A stretch of DNA of 64,000 nucleotides from Patescibacteria group bacterium (GCA_028687045.1 JAQUAW010000001.1:2034-66033); one strand, 5' to 3'; counted from the first letter of the stretch, positions 39,548 through 51,822 are shown. Numbers and translations are program-made. Notes: a model not told the origin generated them from the sequence alone.

Positions 39548-40483
39548 TTATTTAATTGAATAAATAAGTCCAATTGCCACAACATTGAAAATAAAAGAAA
39601 TAAATAATAAATCTGGCAATCGAAAAAATCTAAATTTAGCAATAGTTGATTCTAGCACAGCAATAGCACCACAAAATAAAAATATTTTTATTAAAAAATA
39701 AAAAATACTCAAAGATATCGAAGCCAACCCAACATCAGTACCAAAACCAAATGGAAAAAATAAGTTAGCGCCAAGTACCATAAAAATAAGTAATTTGTTG
39801 GCAGCAGCCCATTCCATCAGTGCCAAACGTTTACCAGAAAATTCCAAAATCATAGCTTCATGCACCATAGTCAATTCCAAATGAGTAGCTGGATTATCAA
39901 AAGGAAATCTGGCAGTCTCAGCCAATAAAACAATGAAAAATCCACCAAAAGCAAGTAATACTGGCAAAAAGTATTGACCACCAATTGATTGACTAAAACT
40001 TGCGATATCAAACAAATTACTAGAACCAGCTATCAAAGCCATGGTTAAAAGTGAAAAAATGAAGCCTCCTTCAGCTAAAGCTGAAATAGTCATTTCACGA
40101 CTTGAACCAAAACCACCAAAAGCACTACCTGTATCAACACCAGCCAAAGCCATAAAAAAAGTACCAATAGCTAAAGTATAAACAACAAATAAAATATCAC
40201 TAGTAACAAAACCTGCAATGCGTGGAAAAAAGATAGGTATACTAAAGCCAACTACCAAAGTTACTGCAAAAACAATATAAGGAGTAAATCGAAAAACCCA
40301 AGAAGCGTCATTACTTATTACTTCATCTTTGTGTAAAAGTTTCCAGATATCTCTGTAAGGTTGAAAAATATTAGCACCTTGACGATTTTGTAACTTAGCT
40401 TTTATTTTTCTAATAATACCAATACACAAAGGTGACAAAGCTGGTACAAAAAATAATTGGATTATCCAAATAAATATTGACAT
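39548..40483 (-). CDS. HyfC/HycD (NuoH-like) membrane subunit
   Basis: QNRQGA..QPYRD, GSSREM, PFDNPATHLELTMVHEAM. Confidence 0.92.
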   Translation of the reverse strand: MSIFIWIIQLFFVPALSPLCIGIIRKIKAKLQNRQGANIFQPYRDIWKLLHKDEVISNDASWVFRFTPYIVFAVTLVVGFSIPIFFPRIAGFVTSDILFVVYTLAIGTFFMALAGVDTGSAFGGFGSSREMTISALAEGGFIFSLLTMALIAGSSNLFDIASFSQSIGGQYFLPVLLAFGGFFIVLLAETARFPFDNPATHLELTMVHEAMILEFSGKRLALMEWAAANKLLIFMVLGANLFFPFGFGTDVGLASISLSIFYFLIKIFLFCGAIAVLESTIAKFRFFRLPDLLFISFIFNVVAIGLIYSIK

Positions 40484-40487
40484 AAAA

Positions 40488-42539
40488 TTATAATATTACG
40501 AGTAGAGCTAGCATAAGAGCTACAAAAATATAAGTGATATAAAGATCGATATTACCATTCTGTATAGTCTTAGCTTTTACAGATAACTTATTGATTACTA
40601 TATGTATAGGTTGATAAAAGTAAGTATTGTATATATTACTAATACTCAAAGTTATTGTTCTTGATTTTGGTAAATATCTATTTTGATCATCATAATACTC
40701 AATATTATTTTGAATAGTTGGTTTGAGCAAACCTTTGAAAATCAATATTATTGATCGTGAGAATCCTGTAGCTGTTATTTCAGCACGTGGAGTAAGATCT
40801 GTACCACAATCCCAAGTATTGGTCTTACATTCTTTTTGTGTTTTGTTAATTACTTTTTTGAAAACGAAAATTACCAAAAAAGTAGCAACCACAAGTAAAA
40901 GAAAAATAAACATACCAGAGATTGAAGAAAATCCATCAGAAACAGTCATACTCTGGTTAGAAGAAATATTTACAGCAGAAGCTGAATTTTTGAAGATACT
41001 CAAACTTTGACTTACGGTATTGATAAGACTAATTACATATCCAGAAAATACACCAAACAAAAGTGTTAATAATGCTAAAGCGCCCATACCTAAACGCATA
41101 GAAAAAGGAGATTCTTTGGCATGTTTCACTTCCTCACTACGTGGACGAGCCAAAAAAGTAGCAGCAAAAGCTTTGACAAAACAAGCAAGTGCTAATCCCC
41201 CAGTAAATACCAATGATCCTGCTGCCAAAATAAAGATCCATTGTGTTACAAACTGCATTTGATTTATTCCTTGAAACAAAGCTTGATAAGTCAACCATTC
41301 ACTAAAAAAACCATTAAACGGTGGCAAAGCAGAAATAGCAATTGAACCAATAAGAAAGAAGAAAGCTGTTTGTGGCATGTACTTTATTAGACCACCATAT
41401 TCTTCCATATTACGAGTATGTACTTGGCTTATTACCGAGCCTGCACTTAAGAAGAGTAAAGCCTTGAAAATAGCATGATTAAGTGTGTGAAATAATGCTG
41501 CACCAAGGCCAAGCAAAGCCAAAGCTGGTAAATTTAGAGAATAAAAAGTCAAAGCACTGCCCAAACCAAGCAAAATAATACCAATGTTTTCTATACTATG
41601 ATAAGCAAGCAATCTCTTGATATCATGTTCAGTCAAAGCATATAAAACTCCGAGTAGAGATGAGATTGAACCAACCACCAAGATTACTAATCCCCACCAG
41701 TATGGTGCTGGAGAAAGAATATCCAAAAACAATCTTACCATCATATAGATACCAGTCTTGATCATAACACCTGAGAGTATTGCTGAAACATAAGAAGGAG
41801 CAGCTGGATGAGCGGCTGGTAACCAAATATGCAATGGGATAATACCAGCTTTCAAGCCAAAACCAATAAAAGCAGAAACAAAAATAATATTTTTTATAAA
41901 TGCAGGAACAAGAGCTATATTTTCTTTTATCACTAGAAAATCAAAAGAACCAATATACTTAAACAAAAGTAAAAAAGCTAAAATAATAAAGGCTGTACCA
42001 ATATAAGTCATCACCAAATACAAAAAACCTGCCTTTACATTATCTTGATCATTTTTTTCATAAACAATCAAGAAATATGAAGTAACTGCCATTATTTCCC
42101 AAAAAATAAGGAAAAAAAGAGCATTAGAAGAAGTTACTACTAAAATAACACTGGCAATAAAAATGTTATAGAAAAATCCAAGAGCGCCAATATTATATTT
42201 TTTGTAATAATGTTTTATATAACCTACACCATAGATAGAACAGAATAAGACTATCAAAGAAACTACAAAAACAAAAAAACTAGACAACAAGTCGATATGA
42301 AAAGACAATGTAAAAAGTGAAAAAACAGATGTTTTCAGATCAAACAACAAACTACTTTTTGTCAAAATTGCTGTAATAGAAAAAATCAAACCCCATAAAG
42401 AACCAGCGATAGCAAAAAAACTACCCCAGCCATTTGCATATTTATCATTTTTGAGGAAAAACAAAGATCCAATGCCTCCAACAAAAAATAAGGAAAGTAA
42501 AATAAAAAAGCTAATTGGTGAGGTAATGATTTCTAACAT
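40488..42539 (-). CDS. HyfB (NuoL/MrpA-like) membrane subunit
   Basis: PLHIWLPAAHPAAP, KRLLAYHSIENIG, PPFNGFFSEW. Confidence 0.92.
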   Translation of the reverse strand: MLEIITSPISFFILLSLFFVGGIGSLFFLKNDKYANGWGSFFAIAGSLWGLIFSITAILTKSSLLFDLKTSVFSLFTLSFHIDLLSSFFVFVVSLIVLFCSIYGVGYIKHYYKKYNIGALGFFYNIFIASVILVVTSSNALFFLIFWEIMAVTSYFLIVYEKNDQDNVKAGFLYLVMTYIGTAFIILAFLLLFKYIGSFDFLVIKENIALVPAFIKNIIFVSAFIGFGLKAGIIPLHIWLPAAHPAAPSYVSAILSGVMIKTGIYMMVRLFLDILSPAPYWWGLVILVVGSISSLLGVLYALTEHDIKRLLAYHSIENIGIILLGLGSALTFYSLNLPALALLGLGAALFHTLNHAIFKALLFLSAGSVISQVHTRNMEEYGGLIKYMPQTAFFFLIGSIAISALPPFNGFFSEWLTYQALFQGINQMQFVTQWIFILAAGSLVFTGGLALACFVKAFAATFLARPRSEEVKHAKESPFSMRLGMGALALLTLLFGVFSGYVISLINTVSQSLSIFKNSASAVNISSNQSMTVSDGFSSISGMFIFLLLVVATFLVIFVFKKVINKTQKECKTNTWDCGTDLTPRAEITATGFSRSIILIFKGLLKPTIQNNIEYYDDQNRYLPKSRTITLSISNIYNTYFYQPIHIVINKLSVKAKTIQNGNIDLYITYIFVALMLALLVIL

Positions 42540-42540
42540 A

Positions 42541-43083
42541 TTATTTTTTTTGTGAAGGTTTATTTTCTATTGTTTCAAGAATCTTGAGTAATGATTGAAG
42601 AATAAAAGTAGGTGTAGGAGGATCACCCAGAATTTGATAATCTACAGGTATCACTGAATCTACACCATTTAACACAGCATAAGAATCTTTGAATATTCCA
42701 CCATCAATAGCATCATCCCCTATTGCTACCACAATTTTTGGGTTAGGTGTGCCATCATAGGCATCTTTGAGAGCCTTGGCCATATTTTTCGCTACAGGAC
42801 CAGTCACAAGCAACATGTCAGCGTGTCTTGGTGAAGCCACAAAATGAATACCAAAACGTTCAACATCATAGAAACTGTTAGACAAAGCTACCAATTCTTG
42901 TTCACAAGAGTTGTCTGATCCAGCATCAATTTGTCTGATAGCCAAAGAACCCCTAAATAATTTTTTTACTTTATCTTGTATTTTTTCTCCAATTTCAAAA
43001 AAATCCTTTTGATTAAGATCATCTTTTGAAATAGAAATTATATTTTTTGGTGTTTTGAATATTTTTACAAAAAGTTTCAACAT
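42541..43083 (-). CDS. HyfI/HycG (NuoB-like) small subunit with Cys-to-Asp substitutions
   Basis: ERFGIHFVASPRHADMLLVTG; GSDNSCE, IGDDA, GDPP. Confidence 0.9.
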   Translation of the reverse strand: MLKLFVKIFKTPKNIISISKDDLNQKDFFEIGEKIQDKVKKLFRGSLAIRQIDAGSDNSCEQELVALSNSFYDVERFGIHFVASPRHADMLLVTGPVAKNMAKALKDAYDGTPNPKIVVAIGDDAIDGGIFKDSYAVLNGVDSVIPVDYQILGDPPTPTFILQSLLKILETIENKPSQKK

Positions 43084-43235
43084 ATAGACCTTAAAATAAT
43101 ATTTTATTATACTTTACAAAAAATCACTAAAATATAAATATACCTATGATTGGCAAATTTATAACAGGACATATTTTCTCACTAAATAAACTAATTGTCA
43201 ACCCAATAAATTTATATTATACACATGAAAAAATC

Positions 43236-43262
43236 AAAAAACCACTTTTGAAAAGTGGTTTT
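43236..43262 (-). terminator. terminator after atp operon
   Basis: AAAAACCACTTTT-G-AAAAGTGGTTTT. Confidence 0.65.
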
Positions 43263-43267
43263 ACCTT

Positions 43268-43696
43268 TTATCTTAATTTTCTGTATTTGTTGGCAACCCT
43301 GATTCTGTTCATTTCTTTATCAATAAGTGCTTGCAGTCTAGCATAATCAACATCTTCAATATTTTTGACTTTTTCCATTTCTTCTTCAGCTCTCTTATGA
43401 GCTTCTTCAGCTCTAGCAAGATCAATATTATCAGCTCTTTCAGCACTATCAGCCAAGATGACTAATTCACTATTTGCTCTCACTTCCAAAAAACCACCAG
43501 AGATAGCATAAGGATGTTCACCATCTTTATCTTTGATTCTCATTTCTCCAGCTTGAAGAACAGAAACCATAGGAATATGGCTTGGCAATACGGTAATTTC
43601 ACCAGAAGTTGTTGGAATACTTACTTGAAAAACATCATTTTCGTAAACTTTTTTTTCTGGTGTGATTATTGTAAATTTTAAAGTTTGTGTTGACAT
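43268..43696 (-). CDS. atpC: ATP synthase epsilon
   Basis: IITPEK, GEITVLPSH, ISGGFLEV. Confidence 0.95.
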   Translation of the reverse strand: MSTQTLKFTIITPEKKVYENDVFQVSIPTTSGEITVLPSHIPMVSVLQAGEMRIKDKDGEHPYAISGGFLEVRANSELVILADSAERADNIDLARAEEAHKRAEEEMEKVKNIEDVDYARLQALIDKEMNRIRVANKYRKLR

Positions 43697-43707
43697 AGAT
43701 ACAAATT

Positions 43708-43777
43708 TTATCTCAATATATCTCTATTTTATCTCTATCTTATTATAAGGAGATAAATGGAGATAATGTAGAGATAT
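43708..43777. repeat. (ATCTC)x3 / (GAGAT)x3 periodic inverted repeat
   Basis: Same family as 26043-26130 with the blocks in swapped order. Confidence 0.65.
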
Positions 43778-43785
43778 GGTTTTAT

Positions 43786-45174
<1,389 letters not shown>

Positions 45175-45204
45175 TTAATTAATTGATTTGTTTTAAAATA
45201 TTTA

Positions 45205-46170
45205 TTAATTTAACGCTGCAGCACCACCAGCAATTTCCGCAATTTCTTGAGTAATAGCAGCTTGTCTAGTCTTGTTATAAGTAAGATTCAATTCTTTGAT
45301 CATATCATTTGCTGAGTCACCGGCATTTTTCATAGCCAACATGCGAGCACTGTGTTCACTAGCAGAACTTTCAAGTAGAGATTGATATATTTGCATTTCT
45401 ACAAGTCTAGGTAAAATTGTTTTCAAAACTTCAGCTTTACCTGGTTCAAATAAATATTCGTTCAATTGTTCTTGCTTTCCTTTATTCAAAGTTCTTTCTT
45501 TCAAATCTTCATCACGACCAAGCTCAGTAATCATTTTTTCCAAATCAAATTCTGAAATTGGTAACACTTGACGAATCTTAGCTTCTTGAGCCACAGCTGA
45601 ACGATAATCTGTATAAGATACTACAACTTTATCATATTTTTTTTCTATATAATTTCCAATTATCATTTGAGAAGCTACCATTACATCTTCAAGTACTGGT
45701 TTATCTGAAATACTATTGAAAGAAGCAATCAAGTTGTAACCGTGTTTTTTACAAAAATCAGCACCTTTTTTACCAATACCAATCACATCTACTTCCACAC
45801 TTTCACTAGACTGGGTATGTTTATTACGAGCACGTTGAAAACTAATATTTTTTGGATCTTTTAGTTGAGCTGCAGTTTTTTTGATAATATTGGAATTGAA
45901 ACTTCCACACAAACCACGATTGGAAGTAATCAAAATTAATAATATTCTTTTTACTTGTCTTATCTCAAGCAAAGGCATTGATTCCTTTTCAGTCTTTGAC
46001 AAATTTATCAACAAATCCCACGCAGTAGTAGCGTATTCTCTAGTATCCAAAGCAGCCTGCACAGCTTTGCGCATTTTGGCAGCCGAAACCATTTCCATCG
46101 CCTTAGTAATTTTTTTGGTGTTGGAAACTGATTTGATTCTAGTTTTTATTGCTTTAGCACTTACAGCCAT
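45205..46170 (-). CDS. atpG: ATP synthase gamma
   Basis: KITKAMEMVSAAK, RGLCG, RQAAITQEI. Confidence 0.97.
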   Translation of the reverse strand: MAVSAKAIKTRIKSVSNTKKITKAMEMVSAAKMRKAVQAALDTREYATTAWDLLINLSKTEKESMPLLEIRQVKRILLILITSNRGLCGSFNSNIIKKTAAQLKDPKNISFQRARNKHTQSSESVEVDVIGIGKKGADFCKKHGYNLIASFNSISDKPVLEDVMVASQMIIGNYIEKKYDKVVVSYTDYRSAVAQEAKIRQVLPISEFDLEKMITELGRDEDLKERTLNKGKQEQLNEYLFEPGKAEVLKTILPRLVEMQIYQSLLESSASEHSARMLAMKNAGDSANDMIKELNLTYNKTRQAAITQEIAEIAGGAAALN

Positions 46171-46241
46171 ATTATTAAATAAAAAGTTTAAAGTTTAAAG
46201 TATCTGTGTTAATCCGCGTTGTTATCTAATTATTCTGCGTA

Positions 46242-47729
46242 TTATTTCTTAAATTCTTCACAAACACCTTTCAAATCCGCAATGATACTATCATCCCATT
46301 CACCTTTAGAGATTTTTTCTAACAATGATTGGTGACTACCTCTAACAAAATCCAAAAATTTTTCTTCTGTTTTCAAAATATCAGTAACAACAACATCATC
46401 GAAATAACCATTATCTACTGCAAAAATAGAAGCAACTTGATCTTCAACATGCATCGGACTATATTGAGGTTGTTTCATAAGTTCTACTACTCTAGCACCT
46501 CTATCCAATTGTTTCTTTGTTTCGACATCTAGATCACTAGCAAATTGAGCAAAAGCTTCAAGTTCACGATATTGAGCAAGAGCAAGCTTAATTTTACCAG
46601 AAACTTTTTTCATTGGTTTAGTTTGAGCAGCACCACCTACACGAGAAACAGAGATACCGACGTTGACAGCTGGACGAATACCCTTGAAAAACAAATCTGT
46701 TTCCAAGAAAATTTGTCCATCAGTAATAGAAATTACGTTGGTTGGAATATAAGCAGTCACGTCAGAAGCTTGTGTTTCAATAATAGGAAGAGCGGTAATA
46801 GATCCACCACCATGTTCTTTGTTCAAGTTACAAGCACGTTCCAAAAGACGGGAATGAAGATAAAAAACATCTCCAGGATAAGCCTCACGTCCTGGTGGGC
46901 GTCTCAAAAGCAAAGAAATTTCACGATAAGCCCAAGCTTGTTTTGTCAAATCATCATAAACGATTAAGACATCTTCACCTTTATCAGCGAAGTATTCAGC
47001 CATAGTTACACCAGCATACGGAGCAATAAAAGACATCGCAGCAGGATCAGATGCACCAGCTACCACTACAGTTGTGTATTCCATAGCACCATTTTCTTCA
47101 AGTTTAGCTACGATACGAGCTACTTTTGACTCTTTTTGTCCAATAGCTACATAAATACATTTCATGTTTTGACCTTTTTGGTTGATGATAGCATCAATTG
47201 CAATAGCTGTTTTACCAGTTTGACGATCACCAATGATAAGCTCACGTTGTCCACGTCCAATTGGAATCATAGCGTCAATAGCTTTGATACCAGTCTGTAC
47301 AGGAACACCAACAGGTTGACGACTCATCACACCAGGAGCTGTTTTTTCGATAGGATAAAATTCTTTTGTAACAATATCACCTTTACCATCAATAGCTTGT
47401 CCAAGAGCGTTTACCACACGACCAATCACTTTTTCACCAACTGGTACTGACAAAATTCTACCAGTTCTCTTGACAGTATCACCTTCTTTGATTTTTTCAT
47501 ATTCACCCAAAATCATAGCACCTACAGTTTCTTCTTCCAAATTCAAAGCTACACCCATAATACCGCCTGGGAATTCAAGCATCTCTTGAGATTGACAACT
47601 TGTCAGACCACTCATACGAGCAATACCGTCCCCTACTTCAATAACAGTACCGACTTCTTCTACTTCTACTGTTTTTTGAAAAGCAGAAATATGTTTTTTT
47701 AGTTCTTCGATTACTTGATTTGTAGACAT
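46242..47729 (-). CDS. atpA: ATP synthase alpha
   Basis: [20 protein letters not shown]. Confidence 0.98.
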   Translation of the reverse strand: MSTNQVIEELKKHISAFQKTVEVEEVGTVIEVGDGIARMSGLTSCQSQEMLEFPGGIMGVALNLEEETVGAMILGEYEKIKEGDTVKRTGRILSVPVGEKVIGRVVNALGQAIDGKGDIVTKEFYPIEKTAPGVMSRQPVGVPVQTGIKAIDAMIPIGRGQRELIIGDRQTGKTAIAIDAIINQKGQNMKCIYVAIGQKESKVARIVAKLEENGAMEYTTVVVAGASDPAAMSFIAPYAGVTMAEYFADKGEDVLIVYDDLTKQAWAYREISLLLRRPPGREAYPGDVFYLHSRLLERACNLNKEHGGGSITALPIIETQASDVTAYIPTNVISITDGQIFLETDLFFKGIRPAVNVGISVSRVGGAAQTKPMKKVSGKIKLALAQYRELEAFAQFASDLDVETKKQLDRGARVVELMKQPQYSPMHVEDQVASIFAVDNGYFDDVVVTDILKTEEKFLDFVRGSHQSLLEKISKGEWDDSIIADLKGVCEEFKK

Positions 47730-47740
47730 ATATTTTTTAC

Positions 47741-47775
47741 TAATCTTGAGCGGAGCGAAAGATCTGTAGACCCTG
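47741..47775 (+). repeat. single REP-like arm
   Basis: TAATCTTGAGCGGAGCGAAAGATCTGTAGACCCTG. Confidence 0.8.
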
Positions 47776-47804
47776 CGAACGCTTCTTTTAATTTAAATGT
47801 TTTT

Positions 47805-48191
47805 TTAAATAGTTAAACTTTTTTTTAAATTTGTCAATTGTGTTTTCACACTAGCATCCAATATTTTATCTTCTATTTTCACTCTAATACCACCTATCAA
47901 ATTTTTATCAATCTTTTCTTGAACAAAAACTTCTTTACCAAAAGATTCTTTAATTTTTTTGATAATTTCACTATCCAAATCTCTTGCAGAAGTTACTTCC
48001 AATTCAACTATTCCTTGTTTCTTCTTAAGAATAGTTTCAAATTCAGCTATAATATTATTGGTTTGTTTTATTTTGTGTTTTTTAGCTAGTAGACCCACAA
48101 AATTTTTCAAAACAATATCTAAATCACTAGCATTCAAACCAATAGTCAATTCGTAAAGAGCTTCAGCAAATTGTTTATTAGAAATTTTCAT
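47805..48191 (-). CDS. atpH: ATP synthase delta (short form)
   Basis: FAEALY, VTSA, LIGGIRVKIEDKILDAS. Confidence 0.9.
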   Translation of the reverse strand: MKISNKQFAEALYELTIGLNASDLDIVLKNFVGLLAKKHKIKQTNNIIAEFETILKKKQGIVELEVTSARDLDSEIIKKIKESFGKEVFVQEKIDKNLIGGIRVKIEDKILDASVKTQLTNLKKSLTI

Positions 48192-48199
48192 ATATTTAC

Positions 48200-48243
48200 G
48201 TCATTCCGACCCGCCGAATCGGCGGGGAGGGATATTTCTTAAA
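48200..48243 (+). repeat. single REP-like arm
   Basis: GTCATTCCGACCCGCCGAATCGGCGGGGAGGGATATTTCTTAAA. Confidence 0.8.
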
Positions 48244-48308
48244 TCTAAATTATTTTAATTTACAAAACTTTCAAATGATTCTAAAATACTTTTTCAATTA
48301 ATTTATTA

Positions 48309-48854
48309 TTATTTTTTTAGACTAGCTAAACTATCTTCAATTATTTTTTTGTCAATTTTACCATCCATTTTTTCATTCAAGATTTTTTCTAAAGCAGTTA
48401 CAATAAGTGTAGCTGATTCCTGTCTAATCTCTTCCATCATTTGTACTTTTTCTGTTTGAATACTTTTTTTAGCTTGATCCACAATCACTTCGACTTCACT
48501 TTTAGCTTTTACTTTCATATCCTCACCAAGTTGTTTAGCTTCAGTATGTGCTTTTTCAATTACTTTATTAGCTTCAGCTTTGGCTTCTTTCAATTTGTCT
48601 TGATATTCTTTTTCACTAAGAGCTAAATTAGTTTCAATTTCTTTAGCATTATCAATACTATCATCAATCATTTTTTTACGTTCAGCCAATGTTTTAGTCA
48701 AAGGTTTCAAAATCAAAAACCATAAGATTATAGCAACAACAGTAAAGTTAATAAGTTGAAAAACAAAAAGTTGAGCATTTAAACCCAAAGATGCTGGTAA
48801 ACTTTGTTCAGCAACGCCTGTTTCCTCATGTGTATTTAATGTTTCTTCTGTCAT
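48309..48854 (-). CDS. atpF: ATP synthase b
   Basis: FQLINF, KPL..LAERK, coiled coil. Confidence 0.93.
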   Translation of the reverse strand: MTEETLNTHEETGVAEQSLPASLGLNAQLFVFQLINFTVVAIILWFLILKPLTKTLAERKKMIDDSIDNAKEIETNLALSEKEYQDKLKEAKAEANKVIEKAHTEAKQLGEDMKVKAKSEVEVIVDQAKKSIQTEKVQMMEEIRQESATLIVTALEKILNEKMDGKIDKKIIEDSLASLKK

Positions 48855-48979
48855 AATAATATTAAACAAGTAAATAATTATTTGTGTTTATTTGTGTAAC
48901 ATTTGTATTATTTTCAAACAAATAAACCAATGAAACCAAGTTTACCAGTTTTTAGCTAGTAAACTTAGTCTACAACGAT

Positions 48980-49267
<288 letters not shown>

Positions 49268-49338
49268 TTATAAATTAAGTGACCTTTCGATCTTAGTCCC
49301 CTTGAAAATTTCAAGAAGATTGAAGATTGAAATGTCTT

Positions 49339-50157
49339 TTAGTGATGTGCTTCTTCTTCATCTCCATGTGGAACAGAAGTGGCTACCGTCATATATACCA
49401 AAGTAAGCATCGCAAATACCGTAGCTTGAATCACACCTACCAATATCTCAAGTAACATGAAAGGTGTTGGAACAAAAGCCGCAACTAAAGCCGAAATCAC
49501 AGAAATCAAGATTTCTCCAGCAAAAATATTACCAAAAAGACGTAGAGAAAGAGATACAACTTTTGCAACCTCAGAAACTATTTCGATAAGACCCACACCA
49601 AATTCAATGATAGCTGCAAAAACAGCAATGAACCCTTCGCCAATACCATTTTTGAATTTTTTAAAACTTTTGAAAACATTTTTTATTTGTACAAACTTAC
49701 CCAAATGTGTAAAAACACCAATAGTAGCAAAAGCATAGAGATGCGAACCAATCACAGAAACAAGTGCCATAGCGAGAGTAAGATTCAAATCAGTGTTGGC
49801 AGGACGAAGCAACATATTGTGTCCAACAGTAATACTTCCTGTACCTGGTAAAAGTCCAAGCCAATTTGATAACAAAATAAAAAAGAAGATAGCACCAACT
49901 ATTGGCAAAAATCTAATAGTCTTTTTTCTATCTCCTGTAACTTGATCAAAATAACCAAGTAGCGTGTCTAAGAAAAATTCACTAGCATTTTGTAATTTTC
50001 CTGGTTTCAAACTTATACTTCTTTTTATAAAAATTCCTAAAATCAAAAAAATGACAATCGCAAGCCAAGCATTTACCATAGTATTGGTAATATTTAGATT
50101 ACCAATGTGAAATACTGCTTCTGGAGCAAGTGTAGGAATGTGAATTTCTGCGCTCAT
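49339..50157 (-). CDS. atpB: ATP synthase a
   Basis: NWLGLLPG, SLSLRLFGNIFAGE. Confidence 0.96.
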   Translation of the reverse strand: MSAEIHIPTLAPEAVFHIGNLNITNTMVNAWLAIVIFLILGIFIKRSISLKPGKLQNASEFFLDTLLGYFDQVTGDRKKTIRFLPIVGAIFFFILLSNWLGLLPGTGSITVGHNMLLRPANTDLNLTLAMALVSVIGSHLYAFATIGVFTHLGKFVQIKNVFKSFKKFKNGIGEGFIAVFAAIIEFGVGLIEIVSEVAKVVSLSLRLFGNIFAGEILISVISALVAAFVPTPFMLLEILVGVIQATVFAMLTLVYMTVATSVPHGDEEEAHH

Positions 50158-50190
50158 AATTTATTTATTTTGATTTCCATAATTAATGGT

Positions 50191-50280
50191 GTTCTCCCCC
50201 TTGTAGGGGGAGCTAGAGGGGGTTAATGACAATTTAATCAACGTCGAACCCCACCTGACCTCCCCTACAAGGGGAGGAAC
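50191..50280. repeat. second REP-like doublet family
   Basis: GTTCTCCCCCTTGTAGGGGGAGCTAGAGGGGGT ... ACCCCACCTGACCTCCCCTACAAGGGGAGGAAC inverted arms. Confidence 0.8.
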
Positions 50281-50297
50281 TCTCTAAAAAGTTTTAT

Positions 50298-50558
50298 TTA
50301 TTTTTTTTCGTCAAGTTTCTTATACTCTTCCCCATACAACTTAGCTTTCTTATAAATCATTTTAGTAGAAAGAAAGGCAGCCAAGAGAAAAGCTGAGATA
50401 GTAAACCAAGGAGCGTGTCCATATTTACCTTCAAGCCACTGACCAATTAAGACAAAAACTATAATAGGTACAGCAATTATGGCTCCAAAATCACCCACAA
50501 TACGTAGACCCAACATCATATATTTTCTATCTTTTGGATCTTCTGGTAAAAGAGACAT
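50298..50558 (-). CDS. AtpZ/AtpI-family protein
   Basis: Two TM segments, GQWLE..Y..PWF; first gene of the atp operon. Confidence 0.8.
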   Translation of the reverse strand: MSLLPEDPKDRKYMMLGLRIVGDFGAIIAVPIIVFVLIGQWLEGKYGHAPWFTISAFLLAAFLSTKMIYKKAKLYGEEYKKLDEKK

Positions 50559-50690
50559 ATTTTTTGAAAGAATGTCTAGAATAAAAACGGTGCTATTATA
50601 ACTGTTTTAACCCATTTAGTCAATTATTTAGCAAATTTGTTGTGAATAATAATAACTAGACAAAATTTGGCCAAAAAATAACACGCCATC

Positions 50691-50718
50691 AGTTTAGCAA
50701 AAACAAATACGATGTCAA
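50691..50718 (-). promoter_or_regulatory. sigma70-type promoter of the atp operon
   Basis: TTGACA-16-(TGc)TAAACT. Confidence 0.5.
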
Positions 50719-50886
50719 TCTGATTACCCTTGACAAATTGGAATTTGTTGTTCTAAAACAAATAAGCGTTATTTACTCTTAAATAACAAAGAATCTCAAA
50801 ATTACCGAGATTCTTTTTTATTTTATAAATTTTTCAATCAAAACTTTCGTAATTTCGTACTGTTCGTATTTCGTATCCCTCAAAAC

Positions 50887-51732
50887 CTAAATTTTAATCT
50901 TATCAAACAACCTCAAACTATTTTCCCAAATAATATTTTGGACTTCCTTAACACTCAAATCTTTTATAATAGCTACTTGTTTGAGGACTTCTTCTACCAT
51001 CCAAGGTTCACAACGTTTGCCACGATACTTTTGAGGAGCGAGATATGGAGCATCTGTTTCTATCAAAAATCTATCCAAAGGAACATTTTTTACTACTTCC
51101 CACAAATCTTTTTGAATTTTTGGTTCTGTCTTTTTGCTAGGAAAAGTGATAATACCCGTGAAACCCAGATACAAACCAAAATCCAAATATTTTTGAGCAA
51201 CTTCCCAATCTCCACTAAAACAATGTACTACTCCACGTATTGGCTTAGGTAATGTTTCTAATACAGCAATTAGCTCTTTGTGAGCATCACGAACGTGAAT
51301 TACCAATGGTAAATTATGTTTTATAGCAAAATGATATTGCGCCAAAAATATTTCTTTTTGTTTTTTCAAAACTTCTTCAACTGTTTTGTCTTTCGGAACA
51401 TGATACAATTCAAAACCACATTCCCCTACTGCAATTACTTTGTCTGACTTAGCAAGTTCAGCAAAATATTCTTCATCAAAATTTTCTTCACGAGAAACAA
51501 AAGATGATTCTTCTTCATCGACATAAGTTGGAAATAAGTGTATTGGATGAATCCCGATTGAAGCAAAAATATTAGAATTACTTTCAGCTAACTCCACCGC
51601 TTTTCTACTCGTTTCTTTTTGGGTACCAATAGCATGAAGCCAAATATTTTTTTCAGCACAAACTTCAAGCACTTTTTCACGCTCTTCATCAAAACCTTTG
51701 AATTGTATATGGCAGTGAGAGTCAAACAACAT
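50887..51732 (-). CDS. tatD: TatD family nuclease
   Basis: DSHCH, GIHP, VGECG, HCFSG, ETDAPYL. Confidence 0.94.
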   Translation of the reverse strand: MLFDSHCHIQFKGFDEEREKVLEVCAEKNIWLHAIGTQKETSRKAVELAESNSNIFASIGIHPIHLFPTYVDEEESSFVSREENFDEEYFAELAKSDKVIAVGECGFELYHVPKDKTVEEVLKKQKEIFLAQYHFAIKHNLPLVIHVRDAHKELIAVLETLPKPIRGVVHCFSGDWEVAQKYLDFGLYLGFTGIITFPSKKTEPKIQKDLWEVVKNVPLDRFLIETDAPYLAPQKYRGKRCEPWMVEEVLKQVAIIKDLSVKEVQNIIWENSLRLFDKIKI

Positions 51733-51742
51733 ACTATTAACT

Positions 51743-51820
51743 GGATACGAAATACGAAAATTTACGAAAGTACGAACTACGGAACTTTCGTATGTTCGTA
51801 CTTTTCGTATTTCGTATCCC
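51743..51820. repeat. TACGAA-unit periodic palindrome
   Basis: GGATACGAAATACGAA...TTCGTATTTCGTATCC; half copy at 50846-50879. Confidence 0.75.
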
Positions 51821-51822
51821 TA

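Noticed and set aside
35841-43083. Functional [NiFe] hydrogenase-4 / formate hydrogenlyase
   Set aside because: Both Ni-binding CxxC motifs are absent, and no maturases or formate dehydrogenase are in the window.
51743-51820. Possible CRISPR array from the TACGAA or REP-like repeats
   Set aside because: No identical 25-45 bp repeats with unique, regularly sized spacers, and no cas genes in the window.
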